This document shows, piece by piece, positions 49,383-62,558 of a stretch of 64,000 nt of DNA. Origin of the DNA: Octopus sinensis. Lineage: Eukaryota. The stretch covers positions 2,728,001 to 2,792,000 of the forward strand of contig NC_043003.1 in the NCBI RefSeq assembly GCF_006345805.1, in the 5' to 3' direction. The notes beneath the pieces were generated by a model. It was given only the letters and a program-made list of their open reading frames with translations. It was not told the origin of the DNA and made no database searches. A program made the translations under genes and the position numbers. The stretch's first letter is position 1, and every line of letters starts with the position of its first letter.

Positions 49383-50111
49383 TCATATAGTTTCCGCTTG
49401 AGAGAGTTCGTAAGAAATTGAGTCAACCGACATGAAACTAGAGTTTGTTCCACCAGCTGAGATCACTTCAAACTGTGGAGGGGATTCTAAAGACTGCAAA
49501 AATAAATAATAAATTGTAATGAGTTACAGAATTAATATTCACAAACAAACTTATGTTTATACATACACACACACACACATAAACAGATGTAAACTCAGTA
49601 ACAAAAGACACCTCTATGTAGGCACAAGATATGCTAGAAATAGCAGCCAAATCTGCTGCAAGAGTTACTCTGCTCCTTTACAAAAAGGGAGGAGATATTG
49701 AACAACATTGATGCATCCTCATCACCAGCATTGTTATCATCACTATCATCCTCATCATCATTATCCTCCTCCTCCTCCTCGTCATCATCATCATCACTAT
49801 TCTCCTCCCTCTTATCATCATCATCATCCTCACCACCACGCCACCACTGACCCCCCCTCCTGCCATCCACTTTTCATGCTGATATAGACAGGTCATCATA
49901 GTCCAAGGTAGTCCTTATTTTAGAGCAGCATTTCTCAACCTTTTTTTTACCCTTGTGTAACCCTTAAAATAAATTTCATGTCTCAAGTAACCCCTGCACA
50001 AAAAAAATTATACACCATAGTCCAACCCATGCTAGCATGGAAAACGGACGCTAAATGATGATGATGATCCTTCTCATAACTTTTTCATCAGAGTTCATGT
50101 AGTAAATATCA

Positions 50112-50164
<53 letters not shown>

Positions 50165-51795
50165 TAGCAGAAGCACCCGGCATTGCCTGGGAATGAAATT
50201 TTTCCTTACGCATTGGAAGAAAAAAGCAAAATATGCTCTATAGAAATTTATCATTGTAAATTCAATTTATTCTTCAATCGGGCCACCGCCGCCGCTGCCG
50301 CTGCTGATGACAACAACAATAATAATAAATGAAAATCCAAAATTTACCACTTTTATGAAAGGAGATAAATTCCACCACATATATTGAAGGAAATTCTGTA
50401 AGAGCTTCTGGGAAAACAACATTCTTTCGTTTTGTGGTTTGGGAGCACAAATAAGTCCTGCAAACCACCTACCCTGGAGCAACCAACATAAAGGTGACCA
50501 TGAGAAAATCAAGCCAGTAGATTTCAAAGACTGACCCTTGACCTTTATGTCTAGACTTGCAAAGTGAATTCACACTGGGAATTGTGTTTGTTTGAAGTGA
50601 AAGGACATGTCTGTTGGTTTGGTTGTAATTCTTGGAATGACAGCCTCTTCCCCAGAGGCACATCCAGTGATGAGGGTAGCTTCTGTCACATTAGGTGATA
50701 ATGTCTTCACAATCAACCTTGTGCCATCGCATAATTTAGGAGGATCTAAATTTCTTAGAAGCATTATTGGGACTCCTACCTTCAGAAAATGTTTATGTGG
50801 TGGAATTCCAGGTGGCTCCAGAGAATTAATGAACTCTGTCCAAGGTGCCAAGCTGTGGGACTGAACCTGAAACCATGTGGCAGGAAAGCAAGCTTCTTAC
50901 CACACAGCCATGCCAGTGTCCATTAATATTATGATAGATCATTAGCCACTACACACATTTTTCTCTCTCCTTGTTTATTCTGTGTCCCTTTCTGTAGAAG
51001 AGCGTAGGCTCGAAATGTAAAAGACTTTTTCTTTTCCCGAGCGTTATACTAATACATCTGTTTGTTTTGTACACCACCTGTCTTCGTCTTTTGTTTTTTT
51101 TGTAAACTCTCCATTAATATTATGCATTGATCAGAGTTGAGAAGAGGCTGGACTAAATCAAGATGGAAATTACAATCTCTACTTTGGATAAACATTTATG
51201 TTTAACAAACTTGAGTGAAAAACAATTTAAAAGAACAATGGATGAAGACAATGAAAAGAAACTGAGCAAACTCACTCGTTTTCCAACGATAACAATGTAA
51301 GGGTAACCGATTCGTTTGGCTTCGTACAACCTTCTGCCAACCGTCATTTGTAGTCTGTCATCAATCACAACTTCTCCGTTGATATGTGGTCTGGAGGTCA
51401 ACTGGTCACTGAGGGAAACGGCCAAATCAAATGTTTCGTCACTCTTGTAACCTTCCTACAAAGAGAGCAGAAAAGTGGACGGATTTGAAACTAAGTAAAA
51501 AATGGAGGTAATTTATAAGACTTAATAAATTAACGCTGAAAGAATATTGTTGAAACGTTTTATTTTCTCTCCTCTTCCCTTTGCTCAGCAGTCACCAAAT
51601 CTGCTGGTGTAGAAGATGTGCTTCTACCATTTCCAGATCTATCAAAGAACCTCTCGGCATCTAATACAGCCGTAGTACTAATAATAAAATACCAAAGCCA
51701 AATTATTACAAACTACTACTACCACCACCACCACCACTACTACTACTACCACTACTACTACCACCACTACTACTACTACTAGCACCAGCACCACC

Positions 51796-51836
<41 letters not shown>

Positions 51837-54800
51837 CGCTGCTACTGCTGCTACTACTACTACATCAGCAGCAGCAACAATATAATTTAATGTTTGTTTT
51901 CCATGCTGGCATGGGTCGGATGGTTTGCTAGGAGCTGGCAAGGCTGGAGGGCTGCACTAAGCTCCAGTTGTCTGTTTTGGCATGGTTTTCTATGGCTGGA
52001 CGCCCTTCCAAATGCCAACCACTTTACAGAGTGTGCTGCATGCTTTCTACATGGCACCAACACCAGTGACATCACTAAGTACCTCACAAGACAAGACCAT
52101 CACCTCAGAGGAAGTAATTGAAATAAGAAATATTATGAAAGGGTGGTGGAAGGTGGTGCTGGTAACATCTCCCCAGCAACCTAACAGGCTGGTGTCCTAA
52201 ATTTCATGGTTCATCAGTTTCAAAATGACCAAATGACCCCTCACAACACAACCATATTTACTGAATCAAACAACTTAACCGTTTTGTTTCCATATTTCTG
52301 TTGAGGTGCTCTGTGTTTCTTTCAGTTACTTTAAATATAACAAAGAATTTAATAAAATAACTTCGTTATCATTAAGCTAGTGTTAGGAACATAAATTGTG
52401 ACTAAGGTTTGGTGGAAGATTTTTAGTTCAAAACTTATGAAAACAAGACAGAGGCACTTTCAGTTGGGTTGGTATCAAAAGGGTTAAGAATTGTTTCTCT
52501 TTTATATATTTTATATTTTAAAATAATCAAAAAATCAAACTAACCTTCTGAGGAATGATACAAACTTGATAAGGAGCAATGATACTTGGCCATGAAATTT
52601 GCCGTTCTGAAGACAAAACCTCAATGGCAGCTTGAAGAATTCGAGTAACTCCCAAACCAAAACAACTCATCTCAGCAAAACTTAAAAAGAGAAAATATTT
52701 AAGAAAAATATTCTTAACAAGAATTGAACTGGTTTTATTAAAAATAAAATTGTAAGTTATTGTTTTTGGAGTTAAATACATAAACATGGAGAATAAGTTA
52801 AGAATATTTACACTTCAACTGGGAATAAACAACATAATCTTTTGACATTGCTGGTCAGTTTAGAGCAAATAAGGTTCTTCATTTCGTACTCATTGAGTGT
52901 CGTACTTTACAATGTAGAAAGATAATGAAGGACATATTTCAGTAAAGCAGTTTTTTTAAAATCTATTTTTCTACTCTAAATTTTTATTTTATCCTAAGAC
53001 AATATTATTTTATTTGAAAATTTAATTCAGGCTTCTACACAAGGTGTTTTATATTTATTTATAGGGCTTGTGTATATATAGTTAGAAATATTGCATTTCT
53101 ACTAGCACTTGTGCTGGTGGCATGTGAAACATTCGAGCGAGGTTGTCACCAGTGCCACCTGGACTGGCTCCTGTGCAGGTGGCACATAAAGAGCACCATT
53201 TGGGCATGGCCGTTGCCAGTACCACCAAACTGGCGCGCGTGCCGGTGGCACGTAAAAAGCACCCACTACACTCTCGGAGTGGTTGGCATTAGGAAGGGCA
53301 TCCAGCTGTCGAAACTCTGCCAGGTCAGATTGGAGTCTGGTTCACCAGACCTTAGTCAAATCGTCCAACCCATGCTAGCATGGAAAGTGGATGTTAAATG
53401 ATGATGATGATGATGATAAATCTCTCTCAGAGACTTACACAGTAGCAGCACGATAAAGTGATGATTTGTTGCCAACTTAATATGGCAGCCCTAGGAAAGG
53501 GAAGAATGCTGCACCAGGCTCCAATCCGAGCTGGCAATGTTTTTACTGCTGGATGTCCTTCCTAACGCCAACCCCTCCGGAAGTGTAGTGGATGCTTTGA
53601 TGTGCTACCAGCACGAGGGCCACTCAGGCAGTTCCGGCAATGATCATGCTCAAAAGGTGTTTTTACGTGCTACCTGCATGGGAGCCAGTCTGGCGGCACT
53701 GGCAACGACCAAACTCGAATGTTGTTTTTCACATGCCACCAGCACATGTGCTGGTAAGGTAACACTGGCAGCAGTCATGCTCGAATGGTGCTCTTCACGT
53801 GTCACCAGCACGGGATCAAATCCGTGGCAATGAGCATGCTCAGATGTGCTTTTCACTTTCCACTGGCACAAGTGCCAATCAGGTGGCACAGTCATCAGCC
53901 ACATCAGAGATTTTGATTTAGTTATGTAAGTATATATAAATATAAATTATTTAATTACCATATCTTGTTATCGCTGTTGACATATGTTGCATTGAATAAA
54001 GATGAATACTTTTGGCTAAGATAAAAGGAATGACCAACCTGAAAAAGAAACGAGGGAAAGAAATGAAGAAAAAACACTTCTTTAAACCGAATGAAATGTT
54101 ATTAATTTATAAGGAAATTTTTCAAATGTCCAAAACCAGATAATTTATTATAAAGCACAACTCGGTTATTGCCCCTTGTCCGTTCAATTCAAATGTCAGA
54201 GGATTCAATTGGAACCCGTCTGTATCGAAGTATGTACTAGCAACATCTTTGGATTAACCATTAAGCAAGATAAGTATATGCTTAGGGCATCAAGAGAATT
54301 TGGGGGGCACCACAGAGATGGTAAATGGTCTACGGCTCAAAAGAAATCACTTTAAAACCTGCTAAAACAATATTGAAAACGGTTTATGTGATTGAAAACA
54401 TTTCAAAATGTTTATGGTGCCATGTTGAGGTTCTGACCAAAGACTTTGCAATTCAAAAAAAGTAGGAGGAATCTTTTCAAATATAAACAGAGTGGAAGTC
54501 ATCATCATCATCGTTTAACGTCCGTTCTCCATGCTAGCATGGGTTGGATGGTTCGATCGGGGAACTGGGAAGCCAGATGGCTGCACCAGGCTCCAGTCTG
54601 ATCTGGCAGTGTTGCTACAGCTGGATGCCCTTCCTAATGCCAACCACTCCGTGAGTGTAATGGGTGCTTTTTACGTGCCACCTCCACAGGTGCCAGGCTA
54701 GGCTGGCAACGGCCATGGTCGGATTGGTGCATTTTACGTGCCACCGGCACGGAAGCCAGTCGAGGCGGTACTGGCTTCGGCCACGATTCGGATGGTGCTT

Positions 54801-56132
54801 TTTACATGCCACCAGTCCAGGGGTCCTGGCATCTGCCGGGTGCCAATCATAGGATTGGTTCAATTTCGATTCCGATTTCGATTTCGATTTCACTTGCCCC
54901 AACAGGTCTTCGCAAGCAAAGGGGGGTTGGCATAAGTATTATTTTCCATCTTGCTGTTAGTTTTGTTTCGTTTCGAAACATTTGTTTGCAAGTGTCACAT
55001 AATGTCAGGGCAAGTAGACAACAACACACACACGTGCACGTACACACACACAACAAACGTCTTTCAATTTTTGTCTGCGATGTTCATACTTTTTCCAAGA
55101 ATAACAGTTAAATAAATATAAAATCCAAGTTTGAATATTTTCATAGAAAATGTTTTGTTTTTTTCTACCTCAATACCAGCTGAAGTTTTACATTCTGATC
55201 CACATTTTGGGCAAATAGTTTGTTTATTTCTGTCTGAAAAAAGAAATAAGACATTTTAAACAAGTGGCTTAAAAATATATGAATGCAATCATTTCATTTT
55301 AAGTTTTAAAACATGGAATCTACCATCAAGTTTCTTTATCTCTGAGATATTTAGAAATGTAATATTTCTATTTTTGTAATCAGTGGATTTATTTCACTAG
55401 AATACTTATAGGCTTACAAGGGCTAGATAGGCATCTCCAGCTAGCAGGCCATGCTACCCCAGACTGATGACGAGCAAGATTCAGAAACTAGTCTCTGAAT
55501 GCTGGCTTAGCTGGGTGGAGGTGCTTGTCTCACCCTGTAAGCATAATGACACAGGAAATGTGTCAAGGCCGACAGGAAGCGTTGATGCTTCCTAGGGCTA
55601 AATAGCAGTGGTGTGATTCCCTTCATGGCACTGTCACATTAAGTCGACAGTATACAACTACTCTCTCTCTTTCTCTCTCTCTCTATATATATATAGTAAA
55701 GATTATTTGCTAACATAATGCGGCAGTCCTGGTTAGGATGATTGTTACTGTTATTTAGCCCCAGGAAACACCATCTCGAGCTGGTTACACAACACACTAT
55801 CTGTATCCATATATTTTCAAACAAGGGATCTATATATATATATATATATATATATAACCGCCATCACTGTTACACTTTACTTTGCAACTTCACTAGTGCC
55901 AGTGGCACAAAAGAAGTACCCAGTACTCACTATAATGAGGTTTGCAATAGGAAGGGCATCCAGCTGTAGAAACCATTCCAAAGCTGATATCTGAGCTTGA
56001 TGCAACCCTGTGGCTCACCAGATCCTGTATAACCATCCAACCCATGCCAGCAGGGAAAACAGATGTTGAATGTGTGTGAGTGTGTACATACATACATACA
56101 TACATACATACATACATACATACATACATACA

Positions 56133-56164
<32 letters not shown>

Positions 56165-59100
56165 CACACAAATATACTAGTGTGTACAACAGTTGCCTCA
56201 GAGAAACTTCTCAAAGAGACATCTGTTTTTTTTTTAACATAGAGCTTCACTTAGAATCCTTGCAGACCACCAGACACAATGTTTCAAACTGATTTGGTCT
56301 CTTCAGTGAATACTTTCAGTATTCTGAGCTAAGCTGAAAATACCTGGTCTGATATAGAAATTTACAGATTTGCATATTCGAATATGCACTTAAACATTAT
56401 ATTAAAATACTGGTGTATATACACATTATAACATAATGTATATACAAGTGTGCAACCATATTAGTGGCAGGAGTTTGTTTGAGAGAAATTTACCAAGTAA
56501 ATACATGTGTAAAAATTCATTCTTACTTACCGACAAGTTCTATATTTCTTCCATATTTACAACTAGAAAAGAAGAAAGTTAAAGAGAATTGGTGAATAAC
56601 TAGGCACATCATCATCATCGTTTAACGTCCGCTTTCCATGCTGGCATGGGTTGGATGGTTTGACTGAAGGCTGGCGAGCCAGTAGGCTGCACCAGGATCC
56701 AATCTGATCTGGCAAAGTTTCTATAGCTAGATGCTTTTCCTAACACCAACCACTCTGAGAGTGTAGTGGGTGCTTTTTACGTGCCACCGGCATGAGGGAC
56801 CAGTCAGGCAGTACTGGCATCAACCATGCTCAAATAGTGCTTTTTACGTGCCACCTGCACAGGAGCCAGTCCAGTGGCACACTGGCAACGATCACGCTCG
56901 AATGGTGCTTTTAACGCTCCACTGGCACGGGTGCCAATCAGGCGGTACAGTCATCGGTCACAAGAGCATATATATATATATATAAAATATATATAAATAA
57001 ATATAACAGTGTGTGTGTGTGTGTGTGCGCATGTGTGTGAGTATGCGTGTATTTGTTCAGTCATTCACTGGAAATACTCTTTTCCATGCTAGCATGGGTT
57101 AGGAGAGTGCATATTATTGACGCATTATAAAACAGTTGAATGCTCTTCTTCTCATTAGACTTTACTTGATCTTCCAAGTATAATATAATAAACTTCATTT
57201 GTTCCCTAAGTATCATCATCATCATCATCTCCCATCATATCTCAACACATGCCCACCATCTTGCACAAATCACTTTTTAATGCTTAGGTCCTTCCTTTCC
57301 AACAAGATTCTAAAATTACAGATGAAATATATAAAGCCACATCAAACAATTTATGAAATATTAATTTTAAGGAATATGAAAAAATAGAATTAAAATTTCC
57401 AAATACCTTTCACAAATAAGCAAATAATCTTCCCCAACAGAAGACGGTAAATGGAATTCATGAGATTTTTTTCCACCGATATCTCCAGTATCTGCTTCAA
57501 CTGTAGGAATAAAATGGATGAAAGTTTACCAAAGATTAGTTTACAATCTCTAAATTATAACAGAATATTTAATACTCTGATAAAAGACTGTGGGAAATTC
57601 TATATTCGGAACAATTGGAATCAGTTTAATGATCACTTCTTAGCAAAAGATTGATTCCTGCTCAAAATATTTGAAAGCCGAATATCTAAGTAAATGGTTA
57701 ACAGTGAGGTTTATATTTTGGGAAAATATTTCCTTAAAAGTAAAAAAAAATGTGTGTGTGTGTACCTTTGTCTAATCCTTATGGAATGGTTGTAAGTGAG
57801 TATCATCCCCATACTAGTGAGGTGGTTTGTTTCCAATTTTCCATGAAATCATGTGTGACCATGGGGAAATATTACTTTGCTTGGAAACAGATGAAGGTTG
57901 GAGAAAGGAAGGGTATCCAGCTGTGGAAAAATCTACCGCAACAAATTCCTCAAACTAAGCATCAAATACTTTTCCAATTCTTCCAATCCAGAATCTCAGG
58001 CATCAAAGAAGTTGAACAACAACGATCTCACTTTTCTGAGAATGTACACATACTCCATCAGCATTTTGCACATACCTCAAACTAAATATTCTTTACTACT
58101 CTAGGCACCGGGCCTGAAATTTTGGGAGAAGGGGTCAATCGATTAGATTGACACCAGTACGCAACTGGTACTTAATTTATCAACCCCAAAAAGATGAAAG
58201 GCAAAGTCGACCTTGGTGGAATTTGAACTTAGAACGTACAGACAGATGAAATACCAAGAAGCATTTCGCCCGGCATGCTAACGTTTCTGCCAGCTCCTTA
58301 CCTTCCTCTGACTAAATATTAAAAAAGAAATCATTTATTTTCAGTGAAATCCTTTGAAAGAATTTTTCAACATCTGTCACCCCAAGTTTCTCCTTGTTGC
58401 ATTTATTTTCCAATTTTCATTTTCAACTTAGAACGGTTATTCCTTTTTCTATGTTGAGGTGGAGGTACTTTACACAGCAGGGGGAGACTTGGTGTTCACA
58501 ACCATTTGCCTGTTTTCCTTCCTTCAGCTGGCTTCTATGTCCACCAAAAAAAGTAGTTGACCAGTTTTGGCTGGCAGGGTTTCTTTTGTGTTTTTGTGTC
58601 TGAGACACACATTGCAAATGATAAGATCCTTTGTATCAGAATTCCTCAAAGGTGGAGGCATGGCTGCATGGTAAAGAAGCTCAATTTGCAACTACATGGT
58701 TGCAGGTTCAGTCCCCCTGGGAAGCACCGAGGGCAAGTTAATTTTAATTTTATTTAATTTTTTTAAAATGTTACAAGAATTCAAACTTGCTTATTTGAAA
58801 GAAATCGATGAAATTCATATCAGATAATAGAGATGATGTCTTACCAGCAAAAATCTGAATTTAAAATGATCAGAGCTTGTTCCCAATTTAAGAAGTTCAT
58901 CGTTATCATCATTTAGTGTCCATTGTTCATGTTGGCATGAGTTGGACAGTTTGACTGGGCTGGCATGCTGGAAGGCTGCACCAGACTCCAGTCTGATTTG
59001 GCATGGTTTTCTATGGCTGGATGCCCTTCCAAACGCTAACCACTCTGAGAGTGTAATGGGTGCTTTTACATGCCACCAGCACGGGTGCCACTTGCATAAT

Positions 59101-60435
59101 ACCAGGGTGCATTTATGTGCCATCAGCACGGGTGCCAATTTGTGTGACACCGGTATCTGCCACAACTGTGATTTTGCTTGGCTTGATGGGTCTTCTACTC
59201 AAGCATGACATAATGCCAATGGTCTTGGTCATTGCGTCCGTGAGGCTCAACATTTGAAAGGAACTTTGCCTCTGTGAGGCCCAACACTCAAAAGGAACTC
59301 AGCCACTTTGCCCCCTGCTTATTTTTCAACACTAAAGTTATTACTAAAACACAAATGTTGATGGTATTTTAATTAAGCCATGTTAAGCTTCTTAAGAGAT
59401 AATAAGTTTACAGACAATAAAAATTTTTAAAAAAACAACTTTTTCATAACAGTAGTTAATACCAACCTTTTATGAATGGCAATTTAAGACGATTAAAAAT
59501 GCGACAATATGCTTCACAAATTTTTTCATATGTTTCTAATGCTGAAGCCTCTGAACAATCAAATGTGTAAAGGTCTGAAAATTGGAACAGAAAACAATTT
59601 TTAAGGATAAAAAAAAAAAATTGAAACTGAAAATTTTAAATAAGTGCTTTATTACTCTATATTAGTCATACACACTATTAATACACAGTAATTTTTGCAG
59701 TAAATATAATATTATCATGTGTTTTCTATGGAGACCTAGCAGAGGATAGAGTATCTTATTTTGACATCATTTAACTAAATAATTCTTTTACATGTTATTT
59801 ATATTATAATGAAAAAAGCTGCTTATTTATTAGTTTTGGTTATGTAACTTCTAAAAGAAAGCAACTACTAAAGTTTACTTTGTCTAAAAAATTCTTTAAA
59901 ATTCTGATTTTAATATATTTTTATCAAAATGTGGTTTAAGTGTGTTTTATTATTGAAAATTTCAACTACATAAAACGAATTACAATTCATTGCAAGAGAT
60001 CATTTTTTAACACTGTGAGTTCTCTCTCTCTCATGCACTTCATTCAGCTACTTTCCACAGAAACATCAGTAAAAACATTTTCCCAAATTATAATTTTAAC
60101 CTAATCAGACAAATTATATGGCTTCTAGTATCCTCTCATATTCGTCGGGTGTTTTTGAGGAAACAGAAAGCTGATGAAGAAAAGTGGTTTTAATTTACAT
60201 CAATTGCACCAAATATAAACGGGTGAAAATAATGAACAAATACGAAGGAATCGCATAAGAAATAAAAAAGAAAAAAAGGATAGGAAATGCTAAAATCTAT
60301 TTCATTGCTTAGAACAAATAAAAGGAAATATAAAATTAAAAATAAAATTACAAACCACAGACCTTTCATTTCAAATTCTCTACATCTCAATAATGCATAT
60401 TTTGGTGAAATTTCATCTCGGAATTTTGGGCCTAT
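49383..60435 (-). CDS. PARS2: Mitochondrial prolyl-tRNA synthetase, last nine coding exons (5' part not found in the window)
   Basis: Exons 60363-60435, 59467-59574, 57407-57500, 56531-56562, 55169-55233, 53959-54038, 52545-52680, 51276-51455 and 49383-49493, all phase-consistent. Motif 2 [51 protein letters not shown], motif 3 [28 protein letters not shown], and anticodon domain DDR...[13 protein letters not shown]. The large editing (INS) domain is absent, as in PARS2. Confidence 0.93.
50164..50840 (-). mobile_element. Helitron 3' remnant with a Pif1-like helicase fragment, in the last PARS2 intron
   Basis: Minus-strand peptide [11 protein letters not shown]...[23 protein letters not shown]...IPRI...QFPV. 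Minus-strand hairpin CCCAGGCAATGCCGGG then CTAG|T at 50164, inserted in (TA)n. Confidence 0.9.
51710..51880. repeat. (ACT/ACC)n trinucleotide microsatellite
   Basis: Directly visible. Confidence 0.9.
53104..53417 (+). mobile_element. Most abundant retroposon-like repeat, with an (ATG)n tail and internal GTGCC.GTGGCAC subrepeats; representative of about 15 copies (e.g. 3570-4045, 5625-5960, 9140-9570, 21640-22050, 41330-41615, 47830-48240, 54500-54920, 56610-56960, 58900-59300, 62800-63400)
   Basis: Shared 3' block GAGTGGTTGGCGTTAGGAAGGGCATCCAGCTGTAGAAAC...CCAACCCATGCTAGCATGGAAAGCGGACGTTAAA(C/T)GATGATG on both strands. Confidence 0.85.
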
Positions 60436-60910
60436 CTACAACAACAGTAAAATAATTATTTAATTATGTTGATGATTCTTAAGGCGATGAGCTGGCAGAA
60501 TCGTTAGCATGCCAGGCGAAATGCTTAGCAGTCCTTCGTCTGTCTCTGTGTTCTGAGTTCAAATTCTGCCACGGTTGACTTTGCTTTTCATCCTTTCAGG
60601 GTCGATAAATTAAGTACCAGTTCCATACTGGCCTCCTCCCCCAAAATTTTGGGCCTTGTGCCTAAAGTAGAAACGATTATATTGATCCTTAACTTTGGAT
60701 TGTTACAAGATGACAAATGTTTGGGGAGATAGTAACAGATGATTAAATCCTCACAAGTACTTGGTTGGTTCTTCATTTTATTAACCCCACAAGAAGATGA
60801 AAAGCATAGCTAACCATGGGATTTGAACTCAGAAGATAAGGGACTATGACTAATATTGCAAGGTATTGAATCCAATGTTGTAATGAATCTATAAACAGAT
60901 TAGACAACAG

Positions 60911-61860
60911 ATGTAGAAAGACATGATATTAATTTTATTCCATGGCCTACAATTGTTTCAATAATGTGTGGATGAGGAATCAAATTATATGCCTAAAGAC
61001 ATGGATGAGAAGAACATTAATATTGTTGCATCGATTGTATAAAACATATTACATGATTATCAACACACAGCCATTTCATCATAACTGTAGTTAATAAATA
61101 AATATGTATTTATTATTCACTAGTGTCGTGATTAAATGGCTGTGGGTCACTCACTAAGTGGTGCATGCTATATAATCAATATGACAATATCACTGTTCTC
61201 ATCCAGGTCAACATGCTTATAGTTTGATTGATCAGCCACACATCATTGGAACAATTGCAGACCATGGAATAAATGTAACTCCATTCTTTGCTGGTTATTT
61301 ATATCCACTTCCCCATCCTGCAAATGAAGACAGTCTTCCAGATTTTCGGTTTCTACTGAGGAAATTTTATTTCCAACACATTTGGAGAGCTGTAGTTTGC
61401 TGCATTGCTGCCAGACATATATATATATATACTCATAATAAGCAACAAGGATATCCAAGGTAGTGTAGTACAATCGTTTCATGCTACTTCATTTTATTAA
61501 ACACCGTAAGTATTACATCAGTTTTAAAATGTCGAGCAATCTTCAGCCACATATAGAATTTTTTTAATTAAATGGACAATGTACATTTTTATATTCATCT
61601 GAATCTATGTATATATATATATATAAAGAGAAAAAAAGAAAAGCCATTGGAAAACTGATTATAGCAGCGACTCCATCTAAGAATATCTGAAGAAGGAATT
61701 TTATTCCGAAATATTATCAGAGTAGGGATGACTAAATTACAACAGGTATACACAGCCCATTGTTTGTGTTATAGTGCATTATTGTACCATTCAAAACTTT
61801 AAAACTTTTTACTCTTTACAAACAATACACATTGCTTCAAGCAAACTACAATACTCTCCT

Positions 61861-61901
<41 letters not shown>

Positions 61902-62392
61902 GGGAGAGTTTACAAAAAAAAAAAAGATGAAGACAGGTGGTGTACAAAACAAACAGATGTATTAATATAATGCTCAGGAATAGAAAAAGTCTTTTACGTT
62001 TTGATCCTACGCTCTTCTACAGAAAGGGACACAGAAAAAACAAGGAGAGAAAAAATGTGTGTAGTGGCTAATAATCTATCATGGCGACTGCCAGACATGT
62101 GTGTAGGGCAGTTTATGGGATTACCTTAGGTTTGCCATCCATAAAGGGTTTTGAGATCATTAGAACCCAAAAACTTGTTAGCCCATAAACTCTTAAGTCA
62201 TGGGCCAACATTCACTACGGTTATGATGAAATGGCTGTGTGTTGATAGTTAATGTAATATGTATTGTACAATCGACACAGCAATATTAATGTTCTCATCC
62301 ATGTCTTTAGGAATATAATTTGATTCCTCACCCACACATTATTGAAACAATTGTAGACCATGGAATAAAATTAATATCGGGTCTTTCTACAT
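60911..62392. repeat. Inverted pair of ~175-bp repeats (60911-61085 and 62220-62392)
   Basis: ATGTAGAAAGAC..GATATTAATTTTATTCCATGG...CAGCCATTTCATCATAAC and its reverse complement, with few mismatches. Confidence 0.9.
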
Positions 62393-62503
62393 TCTTATGG
62401 ATGGGAAACCTAAGGTAATCCTATAAACCATCCTTCCCCATTTTTAATATGTACTTCTCCACATCTTAGAGGGTGCTTCTTTCGGATCTATGTTTTTTAC
62501 AAA

Positions 62504-62558
<55 letters not shown>

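Noticed and set aside
49634-49899. Acidic Asp/Glu-rich and Met/Arg-rich ORFs
   Set aside because: A (TCA/TCC)n low-complexity tract within the last PARS2 intron, with no splice support.
51550-51678. Open minus-strand frame [11 protein letters not shown]...EQREEERK* between PARS2 exons
   Set aside because: The flanking exons already join in phase and match ProRS without it; there is no donor and only a weak acceptor.
58848-58858. Possible 10-nt micro-exon (cag|ATTTTTGCTG|gtaaga) in a PARS2 intron
   Set aside because: It would frameshift a junction that is already contiguous (FIK-V-EADTG); it could only be a poison exon, and there is no evidence for that.
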